Shown here: positions 9,333-19,200 of the stretch, one piece after another
Numbering within the stretch: position 1 is the first letter of the stretch
Layout: every line of letters starts with the position of its first letter
Assembly (NCBI GenBank): GCA_963836075.1
Contig: CAWIIB010000008.1
Coordinates: 128,001-192,000 of the forward strand
Direction: 5' to 3'
Length of the DNA: 64,000 nucleotides
Source: an uncultured Acidobacteriota bacterium
Lineage (GTDB): Bacteria > Acidobacteriota > JAQAZP01
Program-made: the position numbers and the translations under genes
The notes under the pieces: generated by a model
Told to the model about the DNA's origin: nothing
Database searches by the model: none
The model's input: only the letters and a program-made list of their open reading frames with translations

Positions 9333-9977
9333 TTGAACACCACTGCGGAAAGCTTCGGCCTCTACCTGATCCTGACCAGCCCGGCGGCGGGGTACGAGAC
9401 CTGCGCCGAGGCGGCGGTGAACTGCGGCCTGCGCTACCTCCAGCTGCGGATGAAGGAGACCCCGGATGACCAGGCCCTGCCGGTGGCCCGCCGGCTGCGG
9501 GAGATCACCCGGGGCAGCGGCACCCGTTTCATCGTCAACGACTCGGTGGCTTTGGCCGCCGAGGCCGACGCCGACGGGGTCCACCTGGGGCAGGGCGACA
9601 TGGGGATCGAGGAGGCCCGCGCCTTATGGAACGAGGAGGGACGGATCTACGGGCTCTCCACCCACAACCCGGAGCAGGCCCGCCGGGCCGCGGCCCTGGG
9701 CCCCGACTACATCGGCGTGGGCCCGGTTTATGCCACCACCTCCAAGGCGGTGCCCGACCCGGTGCTGGGCCTGGAGGACATGGGCCGGATGATCAAGGAG
9801 TCGCCGGTGCCCGCCGTGGCCCTGGGGGGCATCTTTGAGGAAAACCTGCCCGAGGTGCTGGCCGGCGGTGCGCTGAACTTCGCCGTGGTCCGTGCCGTGA
9901 ACCAGGCCGACGACCCGGAAGCGGCCATCAGGCGTCTGATGGAGATCTGGCAGGCCCACCGGGACTTCCCGCTCTGA
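9333..9977 (+). CDS. thiE: Thiamine-phosphate synthase
   Basis: LQLRMK, FIVND, ADGVHLGQGD, GLSTHN, DYIGVGPVYATTSK, VALGGI. Confidence 0.92.
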   Translation: MNTTAESFGLYLILTSPAAGYETCAEAAVNCGLRYLQLRMKETPDDQALPVARRLREITRGSGTRFIVNDSVALAAEADADGVHLGQGDMGIEEARALWNEEGRIYGLSTHNPEQARRAAALGPDYIGVGPVYATTSKAVPDPVLGLEDMGRMIKESPVPAVALGGIFEENLPEVLAGGALNFAVVRAVNQADDPEAAIRRLMEIWQAHRDFPL

Positions 9978-10004
9978 CGGGAGAGAGGAGACTCAGGTAC
10001 GGGG

Positions 10005-11045
10005 ATGATTGCCCTTCTGCTCTATTTTCTGCTTGCTGTCCTGCTGTCCTTCCTCTGTTCGATCCTCGAAGCGGTGCTGCTCTCCATCTCCCACGCCCAC
10101 GTCGAGCTGCTGATCAGGGACGGGCAGCGCAGCGGCCGCATCCTGAGGAATCTCAAGAAACGGGTCGACCGGCCGCTGGCCGCCATCCTCACCGTGAACA
10201 CGGTGGCCAACACCGTGGGGGCGGCCGGTGTGGGCGCCCAGGCCCTGGTGGTCTTCGGCAGTAAATGGGTGGCCCTGGTCTCCGGCCTGCTCACCTTCGC
10301 CATCCTCGTCTTCTCCGAAGTGATCCCCAAGACCCTGGGCGCGGCCCACTGGAAGCGCCTGGCGCCCTTCTCCGCCTACGCCATCACCGTGTTGATCTAC
10401 ATCTGCTACCCGGTGGTGCTGCTGCTCCGCGCCGTGTCCCGGCTGGTTGCCGGGAAAAGCGGGGGGCAGGCCCGGATCACCCGCCGGGAGCTGAGCGCCC
10501 TGGCCGGTATCGGGGCCGACGAGGGCACGCTGATGGGCAAGGAGAAGCGGGTGATCCAGAACCTGCTGCGGTTGAAATACATCCGGGCCGGTGACGTGAT
10601 GACCCCCCGCTCGGTGATGACCGCTCTGCAGAAGGACCTCACCGTTGATCAGGCCATGGAGCAGGCGGAACAGCTGAAGTTTTCCCGGATCCCGATCTAC
10701 GAGAAGAACATGGACCGGGTCACCGGGCTGGTGCTGCGTTTCCGCATTTTTGAAGCCCAGTCGGCGGGGAAGGGGCAGCAGACCATGGAACAGCTGTCCC
10801 AGCCGATCCACGCCGTGCCCGAGTCGAAATCGATCGCCGGGACCCTGGACGAGTTCATCAAGCGGCGGGAGCACCTCTTCCTGGTGGTGGACGAATACGG
10901 GGGCACCGAGGGCATCGTCACCCTGGAGGACGCCATCGAGACCCTGCTGGGGGTGGAGATCGTCGACGAGTTCGACTCGGTGGCCGACATGCGCCAGTAT
11001 GCCCTGGAGTGCTGGGAGAAGAAGAAACGGGATCTGAACGTTTGA
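10005..11045 (+). CDS. CNNM/DUF21 plus CBS domain membrane protein (CorB/TlyC-like)
   Basis: SFLCSILEAVLLS, SEVIPKT, VMTPRS, FSRIPIY, VVDEYGGTEGIVTLED. Confidence 0.92.
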   Translation: MIALLLYFLLAVLLSFLCSILEAVLLSISHAHVELLIRDGQRSGRILRNLKKRVDRPLAAILTVNTVANTVGAAGVGAQALVVFGSKWVALVSGLLTFAILVFSEVIPKTLGAAHWKRLAPFSAYAITVLIYICYPVVLLLRAVSRLVAGKSGGQARITRRELSALAGIGADEGTLMGKEKRVIQNLLRLKYIRAGDVMTPRSVMTALQKDLTVDQAMEQAEQLKFSRIPIYEKNMDRVTGLVLRFRIFEAQSAGKGQQTMEQLSQPIHAVPESKSIAGTLDEFIKRREHLFLVVDEYGGTEGIVTLEDAIETLLGVEIVDEFDSVADMRQYALECWEKKKRDLNV

Positions 11046-11111
11046 ACATTCGGGACCAGATCCCCGGGCGCGGTTGTTTTTGCATGCCCACTGAACGCAT
11101 TCCGCTGGTTC

Positions 11112-11145
11112 GCGTATTGAACTGAAAGGGATATTTTCAATACGC
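11112..11145. repeat. Perfect 10-bp inverted repeat, possible operator
   Basis: GCGTATTGAA-N14-TTCAATACGC in intergenic DNA. Confidence 0.5.
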
Positions 11146-11198
11146 CTCGCGGCCATGGTGTGCCGTCTGGGTCAACACCGGGAAGAGGAGAGCAGAAG

Positions 11199-12044
11199 AT
11201 GGAGCGCAACCGCACGATCGGTATCGGGGCCGCCCTGGTGGTGGTCGTGGCCCTGCTGGCATTGTTCGCCTACCACAAACAGCAGCAGAAAATGGCCGCC
11301 ACTGCACCTGCGGTTGAAGCCGCTGCTGAAAACCTGGACGTGCCCGGGTTGCAAGACCAGGCGGGAGAGCCGGTGCCGCCGCCGGTGCCGCCGGAATCGC
11401 CTCGCTGGGACGCCGGGGGCGTGACCCTGGCCGGGAGCGACACGGTGTTTCGCGGCATCGTTCGCGAACTCTCCGGCCACCCGCTGCTGCCCCGGATGCT
11501 GGCCCTGGACGGGCTGGCCGATACCTTCGTGGCCGCGGTGGACAACATCACCGAGGGCGCCACCCCGGTCCGGCAGTTCGCCGCCCTGGCTCCCGGCGAC
11601 CCCTTTGCCCCGGATCTGGCCGGTGAGACCTTTGTCTTCAGCGAGGAGAATGCCGGCCGCTACGACCTGGTTGCCGGGCTGGCCCTCTCCTTCTCCCCGG
11701 AAGACTGTGTCGAACTCTACCGCACCTTCTATCCCCTGCTGGCCCAGTCCTACCAGGAACTGGGCTACCCCGACGCCGACTTCCACCGGGCGTTCACCGG
11801 GGCGCTGCGCCACCTGGTGGCGACGCCGGTGCCGGAAGGGCCGGTGATGCTGGAGCGCAAGGTCACCACATACGCCTATGCCGACCCGCGGCTGGAGTCC
11901 CTCTCCCCGGCCCAGAAGCAGCTGTTGCGCACCGGGCCCGAGAACGCGCGCCGGATCAGGCAGTGGCTGAGCGAAGTGGACCAGCTGCTGCAGGCCTCGC
12001 CGGCCGCGGCCCCGGCGTCCGAGCCGGAAGCGGAACTTCCCTGA
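11199..12044 (+). CDS. DUF3014 domain protein
   Basis: N-terminal transmembrane helix, FVAAVDN, YPLL...Y.ELGYP, YAYADPRLESLSPAQKQLLR.GP.N. RBS GAGGAG. Confidence 0.75.
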   Translation: MERNRTIGIGAALVVVVALLALFAYHKQQQKMAATAPAVEAAAENLDVPGLQDQAGEPVPPPVPPESPRWDAGGVTLAGSDTVFRGIVRELSGHPLLPRMLALDGLADTFVAAVDNITEGATPVRQFAALAPGDPFAPDLAGETFVFSEENAGRYDLVAGLALSFSPEDCVELYRTFYPLLAQSYQELGYPDADFHRAFTGALRHLVATPVPEGPVMLERKVTTYAYADPRLESLSPAQKQLLRTGPENARRIRQWLSEVDQLLQASPAAAPASEPEAELP

Positions 12045-12160
12045 CCGTCGCCACGCTTGAATCGGACCACGGGCCGCGCTACACTTTCCTCGCGTTCGTG
12101 TTACCAACCATCCCATCTGTGTCCGGGACAGTGCGTATTGCGGGCAGTGGTGTCGGAACC

Positions 12161-13543
12161 ATGAATTCGAGAAAAGACAAACCAGGAACCCGTTTCGGGC
12201 TGTTGCTCTGCCTGGCGCTTTTCGTCCTCCTTTCTTCCGCCCTCCCCTGCGCCGCCTCCGCTACACCGGTTCCGGTGACCAGGCCTTCGGTGATCGTGAT
12301 CTGCGTCGACACGCTGCGTGCCGACCACCTCACGGCGTACGGCTGCCGCCGTCCGCTGACCCCCCGCATGGACCGCCTGATGGACCGGGGCGTGGTGATG
12401 GAGACGGCACGCACCCCGGTGCCCCTGACCACGCCGGCGGTGGCGTCGGTGCTCACTTCGCTGCACCCCCACCGTCACGGCTCCACCCGAAACGGGGTGC
12501 CGGTCTTTCCCGGCCTGGCGACCCTGCCCGCCCTGCTGGCGGCCGAGGGCTACCAGACCGCGGCCGTGATCAGCAACTGGACCCTGCGCGACCAGCTCTC
12601 CAACCTCGGCACCGGCTTCCATTCCTATATCGAGGCCTTTGACCGCAAGCGCTGGCGCTGGCTGTTCAAGAGCGAGGGCTCGGCAACCCTGGTCAACAGC
12701 AGAACCATGCAGTGGGTCGACGGGCCGCGGGACCCACGGCAGCCGTTTTTCCTCTGGGTGCACTACGTCGAGCCCCACGCACCATACCGTTTTCACGGGG
12801 CTTTCGCGGATCAGGTCGGCGTGGTGACCGGCGGCCCGGCCGATGCCGCCCAGCGCTATGCCACCGAGGTGGCCTTTGTGGACGCCCGGCTGGGTGAGCT
12901 GCTGGACGGCCTCGAGGAGCGGGGCCTGATGGAGAACAGCCTGGTGGTCCTGATGGCCGACCACGGCGAGAGCCTGGGCGAGCATTCCGTCTGGGGGCAT
13001 GGCAAGGTCTGCTACGAGGAGGGGCTGCGGGTCCCGCTGGCCTTTGTCCGCCCGGGGGTCATCCCGGCCGGCCGGCGGGTGCGGTCCCAGGTCACGCTGC
13101 TCGACGTGGCGCCCACCATTCTCGGTCTGCTGGGGCTGGAGCCGCCCCCGGCCATGGAGGGCCGGGATCTTTCGGAGGTCTGTACCGGCCGCCGGGAGCT
13201 GGGGGAGGAGCCGTGCTACTTCCAGGCCCAGCGCGGAGCGGTGCTGCGGCGCAGGAACGTGGAAAAGGGCCGGGTCCGCGGGCCGCTGGAAATCAGCCGG
13301 ATTCACGGGCCGGTCAAGACCACTGTCCGCTTCCACTCGGCGGGAGAACTGTTTCGCTACGACCTGAACGCCGACCCCAGGGAGACGCACAACCTCGCCC
13401 GGCCCGGTGAACCCCTTCCCGGGGAACTGGCAGAGTGGGAGCAGGATGTCTTCAGCACCCTGGCCGGCCATCAGCGGGAAGACCCGGTGCTGGCCGAGGA
13501 AGATGTGGAACAGCTGAAGGCTCTCGGCTACCTGGTGGAGTGA
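12161..13543 (+). CDS. Sulfatase-like hydrolase/transferase (alkaline phosphatase superfamily), exported
   Basis: Signal peptide, VDTLRADHL, WVHYVEPHAPY, ADHGE.LGEH...GH, YDL.ADP.E..NL and a C-terminal LKALGY. Confidence 0.85.
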   Translation: MNSRKDKPGTRFGLLLCLALFVLLSSALPCAASATPVPVTRPSVIVICVDTLRADHLTAYGCRRPLTPRMDRLMDRGVVMETARTPVPLTTPAVASVLTSLHPHRHGSTRNGVPVFPGLATLPALLAAEGYQTAAVISNWTLRDQLSNLGTGFHSYIEAFDRKRWRWLFKSEGSATLVNSRTMQWVDGPRDPRQPFFLWVHYVEPHAPYRFHGAFADQVGVVTGGPADAAQRYATEVAFVDARLGELLDGLEERGLMENSLVVLMADHGESLGEHSVWGHGKVCYEEGLRVPLAFVRPGVIPAGRRVRSQVTLLDVAPTILGLLGLEPPPAMEGRDLSEVCTGRRELGEEPCYFQAQRGAVLRRRNVEKGRVRGPLEISRIHGPVKTTVRFHSAGELFRYDLNADPRETHNLARPGEPLPGELAEWEQDVFSTLAGHQREDPVLAEEDVEQLKALGYLVE

Positions 13544-13660
13544 CCGCCGGCCGCATTGACCGCTCCGGCCGGATGCCATAGACTCCACTTCGGACCAGTC
13601 CCGGGCCTGTTCACGGCGGGCATTCCCTGCCGTTCCCTCACGACCTGGCGGAGAGACAAC

Positions 13661-15253
13661 GTGCCGAAAGCCGGACCATATCTCCTCTCTATCTGCGCGC
13701 GCACCTCCACAGTGATGCTGATCGTCGTCCTGCTGTTCACGGCGCTGCCCGCGGCGGCCCAGCAGGTGGCCGGCAGCCTGACCCTGCGTATCGAGGGTGT
13801 CATCCACCGGGTGCCCGTCTATCTCTTCGACGAAAATGAATATGTCAGTCTCGACGACCTGGCCAGCCTTTTTGGCGCCTCACTGCTCTATGACGATGCG
13901 GTGGTCAACGTGGTGATCGAGTTCCGCGGGACCAAGGCGATGCTCTCGATGAAAGAATCGCTGACCACGGTGGGTGACCGGCTCTTTCTCATCGAACCGT
14001 CTCCCCGGTTGGTGGAAGGCCGAATTTTTGTTCCACCGAGCTTCATCAACCGGGTCTTCGGTGCGCTGTACCCCGGCGGCGCGTCCTCGGACGCCGAGCG
14101 GCGGCTGCTCGATTTCGGCAGCGCCGGGCCGCTGGAGGTGGAGCTGAAGCTCGAACTGCAGCGCGACGTCAGCACCCTCCGCTTCCGCTGGGGGGGCGAT
14201 GCCCGCTGCCGGGTTGATGTGGACGCCGCGGGCGCCTGGATCCATTTCCCCCGGGCCCGGACACTGGTCACCGGTTTTGAGGACACCCATGTGGGCAACG
14301 GCATAATCGAGGATGTCCGTTTTGGCCGCTCCGACGGGACCCACGGATTCCTGGTCACCTTCGGACCGCAGTTTCACCTGCACCGCGTCCGGGATACGGG
14401 GGACAACGGCGAACTGCTCCTCGATCTGTTCCGCCGGACATCCAGTTCAAAGCCCCTGGTCCCGCAGCTGGCGGGGCCGGACCGCAGCGGTGCGGCCATC
14501 GGTTCCCGCGACCGGGCTTCCGCCGACACGGGCCCCCGCCTGCTGCGCTCGGTGGTCATCGACCCCGGTCACGGCGGATCGGAGAGCGGGGCCATCGGCT
14601 CCACCGGGCTCAAGGAAAAGGATGTGGTGCTGGACGTGGCGGTCCGGCTGGCCCGGATGCTCCGGGACCAGGCGGGCCTCGAGGTCTACCTGACCCGGGA
14701 GAACGACCAGCTGCTGCCCCTCGCCTCGCGCACCGCCCTGGCCAACCACCAGCAGGCCGACCTGTTTATCAGCCTGCACGCCAACGCATCCACCAGCCCG
14801 GGCGCCCGGGGTTCCGAGACCTATTTCCTCAGCGCCGATGCCACCGATGACGAGGCCCGCAACCTGGCCGCCCTGGAAAACCGGGTCGCGGAGGAGGCGG
14901 AACGCCGGGCCGTGGCCGATGCCGGCCTGGAGATGATTCTCTGGGACCTGGCCCAGACCGAGTATCTGCTGGAGAGCAGCCGCCTGGCCGAGCGGATCCA
15001 GCAGGAACTGAACAGCCTGCTCAACACGCCCAACCGGGGGATCAAACAGGCCCCCTTCCGGGTGCTGGAGGGCGCCACCATGCCGGCGGTGCTGGTGGAA
15101 ACGGCCTTCATCACCAACCCCGAGGAAGAACTGCTGCTGCTCAAGGAATCGTTCCGCGAGCGGATCGCCACCGCGCTCTACCGCAGCGTACTCGCCTTCA
15201 AGCGGGATTACGAAACCATGTCCAGGGGCGCCGCCGAATCCGGCAGGCCCTGA
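13661..15253 (+). CDS. N-acetylmuramoyl-L-alanine amidase (Amidase_3, AmiC-like)
   Basis: VVIDPGHGG, EKDVVL, FISLHANA, MPAVLVETAFITNP. Start uncertain (GTG 13661 chosen). Confidence 0.9.
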   Translation: MPKAGPYLLSICARTSTVMLIVVLLFTALPAAAQQVAGSLTLRIEGVIHRVPVYLFDENEYVSLDDLASLFGASLLYDDAVVNVVIEFRGTKAMLSMKESLTTVGDRLFLIEPSPRLVEGRIFVPPSFINRVFGALYPGGASSDAERRLLDFGSAGPLEVELKLELQRDVSTLRFRWGGDARCRVDVDAAGAWIHFPRARTLVTGFEDTHVGNGIIEDVRFGRSDGTHGFLVTFGPQFHLHRVRDTGDNGELLLDLFRRTSSSKPLVPQLAGPDRSGAAIGSRDRASADTGPRLLRSVVIDPGHGGSESGAIGSTGLKEKDVVLDVAVRLARMLRDQAGLEVYLTRENDQLLPLASRTALANHQQADLFISLHANASTSPGARGSETYFLSADATDDEARNLAALENRVAEEAERRAVADAGLEMILWDLAQTEYLLESSRLAERIQQELNSLLNTPNRGIKQAPFRVLEGATMPAVLVETAFITNPEEELLLLKESFRERIATALYRSVLAFKRDYETMSRGAAESGRP

Positions 15254-15271
15254 AGCTCGGAGCGCCACCCG

Positions 15272-16006
15272 ATGCCAGCCCGATACAGGTCGAGAAGAGG
15301 GGTCGCCGGCCATTGGCTGCCGGCGCTGCTCTGCTCCCTGCTGCTCTGTCTCGCCGCCGGTTGGGGCTGCGGTGACAAGGAGGAGGACGGGCCGGCGGTG
15401 GACCCCGAGAACGCCGCGGGAGAGGAATCGGGCAGCGAATGGCTGACGGCCCTGGAGCAGACCGGGGACCGGGAAGGCAACCGGTTGAAAGTCTTCATCT
15501 TCTACCAGTCATCCCGCCAGAACCTGCTGCTGCCGGAGGAGAACGAGATCTTCCGCACCGAACGGCTCACCGACCAGGCCAAACAGGTGATCGAACTGCT
15601 GGCCCGGGGCCCCGCCGGGGAAGGGGCGGTGTCGGCCCTGCCCCGGGGGACCAGACTGCGCTCCCTCTTTCTCTTCGAGGACGGCCTGGCGGTGGTGGAT
15701 TTCAGCGGCGAGATAAGTCGGGCCCACCCGGGCGGGGTCTGGGGCGAGCGGGCCTCGGTCTACGCGGTGGTCAATTCGCTGATCTTCAACTTCCCCTCCA
15801 TCCGCCGGGTGAAGATCCTGGTGGACGGCAGGGAGGCCGAAACCCTTGCCGGCCACCTGAGCCTCGACCGGCCCTTCGCCATGGACCTCTCCATGGTGGG
15901 ATCGCCGCTCTCCGCACCGGGCAGTGCCGGGACGACGGAGCAGAGACCCGAACTTCTGCCGCCGGCGGACAGCGCCGAAACCGCGGCCGGCGCCGGGACC
16001 GGGTGA
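15272..16006 (+). CDS. GerMN domain lipoprotein
   Basis: Lipobox-like GWGC, L.RGP, LPRGTRL, VDFS, VNSL..NFP.I..V.ILVDG..ETLAGH. Confidence 0.85.
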   Translation: MPARYRSRRGVAGHWLPALLCSLLLCLAAGWGCGDKEEDGPAVDPENAAGEESGSEWLTALEQTGDREGNRLKVFIFYQSSRQNLLLPEENEIFRTERLTDQAKQVIELLARGPAGEGAVSALPRGTRLRSLFLFEDGLAVVDFSGEISRAHPGGVWGERASVYAVVNSLIFNFPSIRRVKILVDGREAETLAGHLSLDRPFAMDLSMVGSPLSAPGSAGTTEQRPELLPPADSAETAAGAGTG

Positions 16007-16008
16007 TC

Positions 16009-16821
16009 ATGGACCAGCGACCCATCGGTATTTTCGATTCCGGCATCGGCGGGCTCACCGTGCTGCGGGAAATGGCTGCAGCTCTTCCCGGCGAACGGAT
16101 GGTCTACCTGGGTGATACCGCCCGCCTGCCCTATGGCACCAAGTCGCCGGAGACCATCATCCGCTATTCCCTGCAGAACGCCCGCTTTCTGCTGGGCCAG
16201 GGGATCAAGCTGCTGGTGGTGGCCTGCAACAGCGCTTCCTCGGTGGCCATCCCCCGGCTGCAGGAGGAGATGCCGGTGCCGGTGATGGGAGTGATCGAGC
16301 CGGGGGCCCGGCGGGCGGCCGAAACCACCCGCAGCGGGGTGGTGGGCGTGATCGGCACCCGGGCCACCATCGCCAGCGGCGCCTACGAGCGGGCGATTAC
16401 CGCCCTGCGGCCCGGAGTGCGGCTGATCTCCCGCCCCTGCCCGCTGTTCGTCCCCCTGGTGGAGGAGGGCTGGGTGGACAACGAGATCTGCCGCCTCACC
16501 GTGCTGAGCTATCTCGGCGACCTGAAGACGGCGGAGCTGGACACGCTGGTGCTCGGCTGCACCCACTACCCGCTGCTCAAACAGGCCATCGGCGCGGCGC
16601 TGGGCGAAGGGGTCTCGCTGATCGACTCGGCCGAGGCGGTGGCCGGGCAGGTGTCCGAGCTTCTTCTCCGGGAAGGCCTGGAGCACGGGGCCCGGGACGG
16701 CGCCGGAGCGAGAGCATATTTCGTCACCGACGCTTCGGAGCGGTTCCGCGAGGTGGGGCAGCGCTGCCTGGGCCAGGATATCGAACGGCTGGAACTGGTG
16801 GACATCATGCCCGGGGCCTGA
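16009..16821 (+). CDS. murI: Glutamate racemase
   Basis: IGIFDSGIGGLTV, PYGTKS, VACNSAS, LGCTHYP. Confidence 0.96.
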   Translation: MDQRPIGIFDSGIGGLTVLREMAAALPGERMVYLGDTARLPYGTKSPETIIRYSLQNARFLLGQGIKLLVVACNSASSVAIPRLQEEMPVPVMGVIEPGARRAAETTRSGVVGVIGTRATIASGAYERAITALRPGVRLISRPCPLFVPLVEEGWVDNEICRLTVLSYLGDLKTAELDTLVLGCTHYPLLKQAIGAALGEGVSLIDSAEAVAGQVSELLLREGLEHGARDGAGARAYFVTDASERFREVGQRCLGQDIERLELVDIMPGA

Positions 16822-16869
16822 TATCTGAAATAGGTGACTGTCACCTCTTTCACTGAGGATTAAAATACG

Positions 16870-17625
16870 ATGACTGAACGAGCTGACGGACGAACCGCCG
16901 GTGAGATGCGGCCGGTGGAGATCAGCCCCGGCTTCATGCCGGCGGCCGAGGGTTCGGCGCTGATTTCGGTGGGAAACACCCGGGTCATCTGCTCGGCCAG
17001 CGTGGAAGAGGGGGTGCCCGGCTGGCGCGCCGGATCGGGCAAGGGCTGGGTCACGGCGGAATACGCCATGCTGCCCCGGGCCACCGACACGCGCAACCAG
17101 CGGGACTCCTCCCGGGGCGGGCCCTCGGGCCGCTCCCAGGAGATCCAGCGGCTGATCGGCCGGTCCCTCCGCGCGGTGACCCGCCTGGAGCTGTTGGGCG
17201 AACTTTCCATCTTCATCGACTGCGACGTGCTCCAGGCGGACGGCGGCACGCGCACCGCGTCCATCTCCGGCGGGTTCGTGGCCCTGGCCCTGGCCGTGGC
17301 CGGCCTGCGCCGGGAGGGCCGGGTGGAGCAGAACCCCTTCACCGACTCGGTGGCCGCCATCAGCGCCGGAATGATCGACGGGGAGCCGCGTCTGGACCTG
17401 GACTACGGCGAGGACTCCCGGGCCGAGGTGGACCTCAACCTGGTGGCCACCGGCGACGGCCGCCTGGTGGAGATCCAGGGCACGGCCGAGGGCGATCCCT
17501 TCTCCCGGGAGAACCTCGGCAGCCTGGTGGAACTGGGCATGGCCGGCGCGGACCGCATCCGGGACCTGCAGCGCACAGTTCTCGGCGGCCTCCAGGCCTG
17601 GCCCTTTGGCGAGGACGGCCGATGA
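16870..17625 (+). CDS. rph: Ribonuclease PH
   Basis: [49 protein letters not shown]. Confidence 0.97.
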   Translation: MTERADGRTAGEMRPVEISPGFMPAAEGSALISVGNTRVICSASVEEGVPGWRAGSGKGWVTAEYAMLPRATDTRNQRDSSRGGPSGRSQEIQRLIGRSLRAVTRLELLGELSIFIDCDVLQADGGTRTASISGGFVALALAVAGLRREGRVEQNPFTDSVAAISAGMIDGEPRLDLDYGEDSRAEVDLNLVATGDGRLVEIQGTAEGDPFSRENLGSLVELGMAGADRIRDLQRTVLGGLQAWPFGEDGR

Positions 17626-18254
17626 AACTGCTGCTGGCCACCCGCAACCAGGGCAAGGTCCGGGAAGCGGCCCGGCTGCTGGCGCACCTGCCGCTGGAGC
17701 TGGTCTCCCTCGATGATGCCGGGATTTACGAGGAAGCGGAGGAGACCGGTGAGACCTTCGAGGAAAACGCGGCCCAGAAGAGCCTGTTCTACAGCAGCCG
17801 CAGCGAACTCTGCACCCTGGCCGAAGACTCGGGCCTGGAAGTGGACGCCCTGGACGGCAGGCCCGGTGTCCGCTCCGCCCGTTACGGCGGGCCGGGGCTG
17901 GACGACGCCGGCCGGGTGCGGCAGGTGCTGCTGGAGATGGAGGGCGTGGAGCCCGCGCAGCGCGGGGCCCGTTTTATCAGCTTTGTGGCCCTGTCCCGCG
18001 GGGGACACCTGTTGCAGACCTGGCGCGGCAGTTGCGAGGGGGTGCTGCTCACCGAGCCCCGGGGCCAGGGGGGGTTCGGTTACGACCCTGTTTTTTACAG
18101 GCCGGACCTGGGAAAAACCACTGCCGAGATCACCATGGCCGAGAAGAACCGGATCAGTCACCGCGGCCAGGCCTTCCGCCGGCTGGCTGCAGGCCTGCTA
18201 ACCGTTTGTCCGGAACTCGCTTCGGGGCCCCATGGTGCAGTCAATAATTCTTGA
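17622..18254 (+). CDS. rdgB: dITP/XTP pyrophosphatase (HAM1 family)
   Basis: [43 protein letters not shown]. Confidence 0.95.
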   Translation: MKLLLATRNQGKVREAARLLAHLPLELVSLDDAGIYEEAEETGETFEENAAQKSLFYSSRSELCTLAEDSGLEVDALDGRPGVRSARYGGPGLDDAGRVRQVLLEMEGVEPAQRGARFISFVALSRGGHLLQTWRGSCEGVLLTEPRGQGGFGYDPVFYRPDLGKTTAEITMAEKNRISHRGQAFRRLAAGLLTVCPELASGPHGAVNNS

Positions 18255-18279
18255 CAACCATGAGGCCCTGTGCTAATTT
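18251..18279 (+). promoter_or_regulatory. sigma70 promoter of the tRNA cluster
   Basis: TTGACA-N17-TAATTT with an extended -10 TG. Confidence 0.65.
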
Positions 18280-18292
18280 CCGCACCTGTTTT

Positions 18293-18369
<77 letters not shown>

Positions 18370-18461
18370 GGTCGCGGGCCTTCGGAAGCCTGTTTTACCA
18401 AGGGCTTCGCTGATCGGCGGGTTGGAGACAGACAGTTGACCGGGCCCCATGCCTGCAGCGT

Positions 18462-18538
<77 letters not shown>

Positions 18539-18571
18539 TTTCCAGCGTGGACTGCGGGTTGGTATCTGTGA

Positions 18572-18648
18572 GGTGAGTGTAGCTCAGTTGGTAGAGCACT
18601 GGATTGTGGTTCCAGTGGTCGAGGGTTCGATCCCCTTCACTCACCCCA
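18572..18648 (+). tRNA. tRNA-His(GTG)
   Basis: Anticodon arm CTGGA-TTGTGGT-TCCAG, G-1 and C discriminator, CCA end. Confidence 0.95.
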
Positions 18649-18693
18649 ATTTACGATCGGCCGAGATAACCGGATGTTCCGGATTTTATATGT

Positions 18694-18770
18694 GCGCCCG
18701 TAGCTCAGCTGGATAGAGCGCTTGCCTCCGGAGCAAGAGGCCGCAGGTTCGAATCCTGCCGGGCGTACCA
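18694..18770 (+). tRNA. tRNA-Arg(CCG)
   Basis: Anticodon arm CTTGC-CTCCGGA-GCAAG, CCA end. Confidence 0.95.
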
Positions 18771-18822
18771 TCAAGACCTTATACGCTTTTCCCGATCGGA
18801 GCGGGGGGAGGCGGCAACCAGT

Positions 18823-18898
<76 letters not shown>

Positions 18899-19016
18899 CT
18901 TCTCTTCCTGCTCTGATGTCTTTCCAGATGCCGCGCCTCGACGATCAGGGAGGCACTTCGTCACACTGTCCCGTTCCAGATTTTGTGATACCTCGCCCCG
19001 GCGGGTGGTTTGTCGT

Positions 19017-19099
19017 GCGAAAGTGGCGGAACTGGTAGACGCGCTGGATTTAGGATCCAGTGGGCAACCGTGGGGGTTCGAGTCCCCCCTTTCGCACCA
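19017..19099 (+). tRNA. tRNA-Leu(TAG)
   Basis: GCGAAAGTGGCGGAACTGGTAGACGC start, anticodon arm CTGGA-TTTAGGA-TCCAG, variable arm, CCA end. Lies directly before tig. Confidence 0.93.
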
Positions 19100-19200
19100 G
19101 CTCTGGTGATCACGGAGGGCGCCCCTCCGAAAGGAATATCGAAATCGGCCCGTGGATGCGGGCCGGCGATCTGAAACCGGAAAGGGAAGGAACCCCTGAG

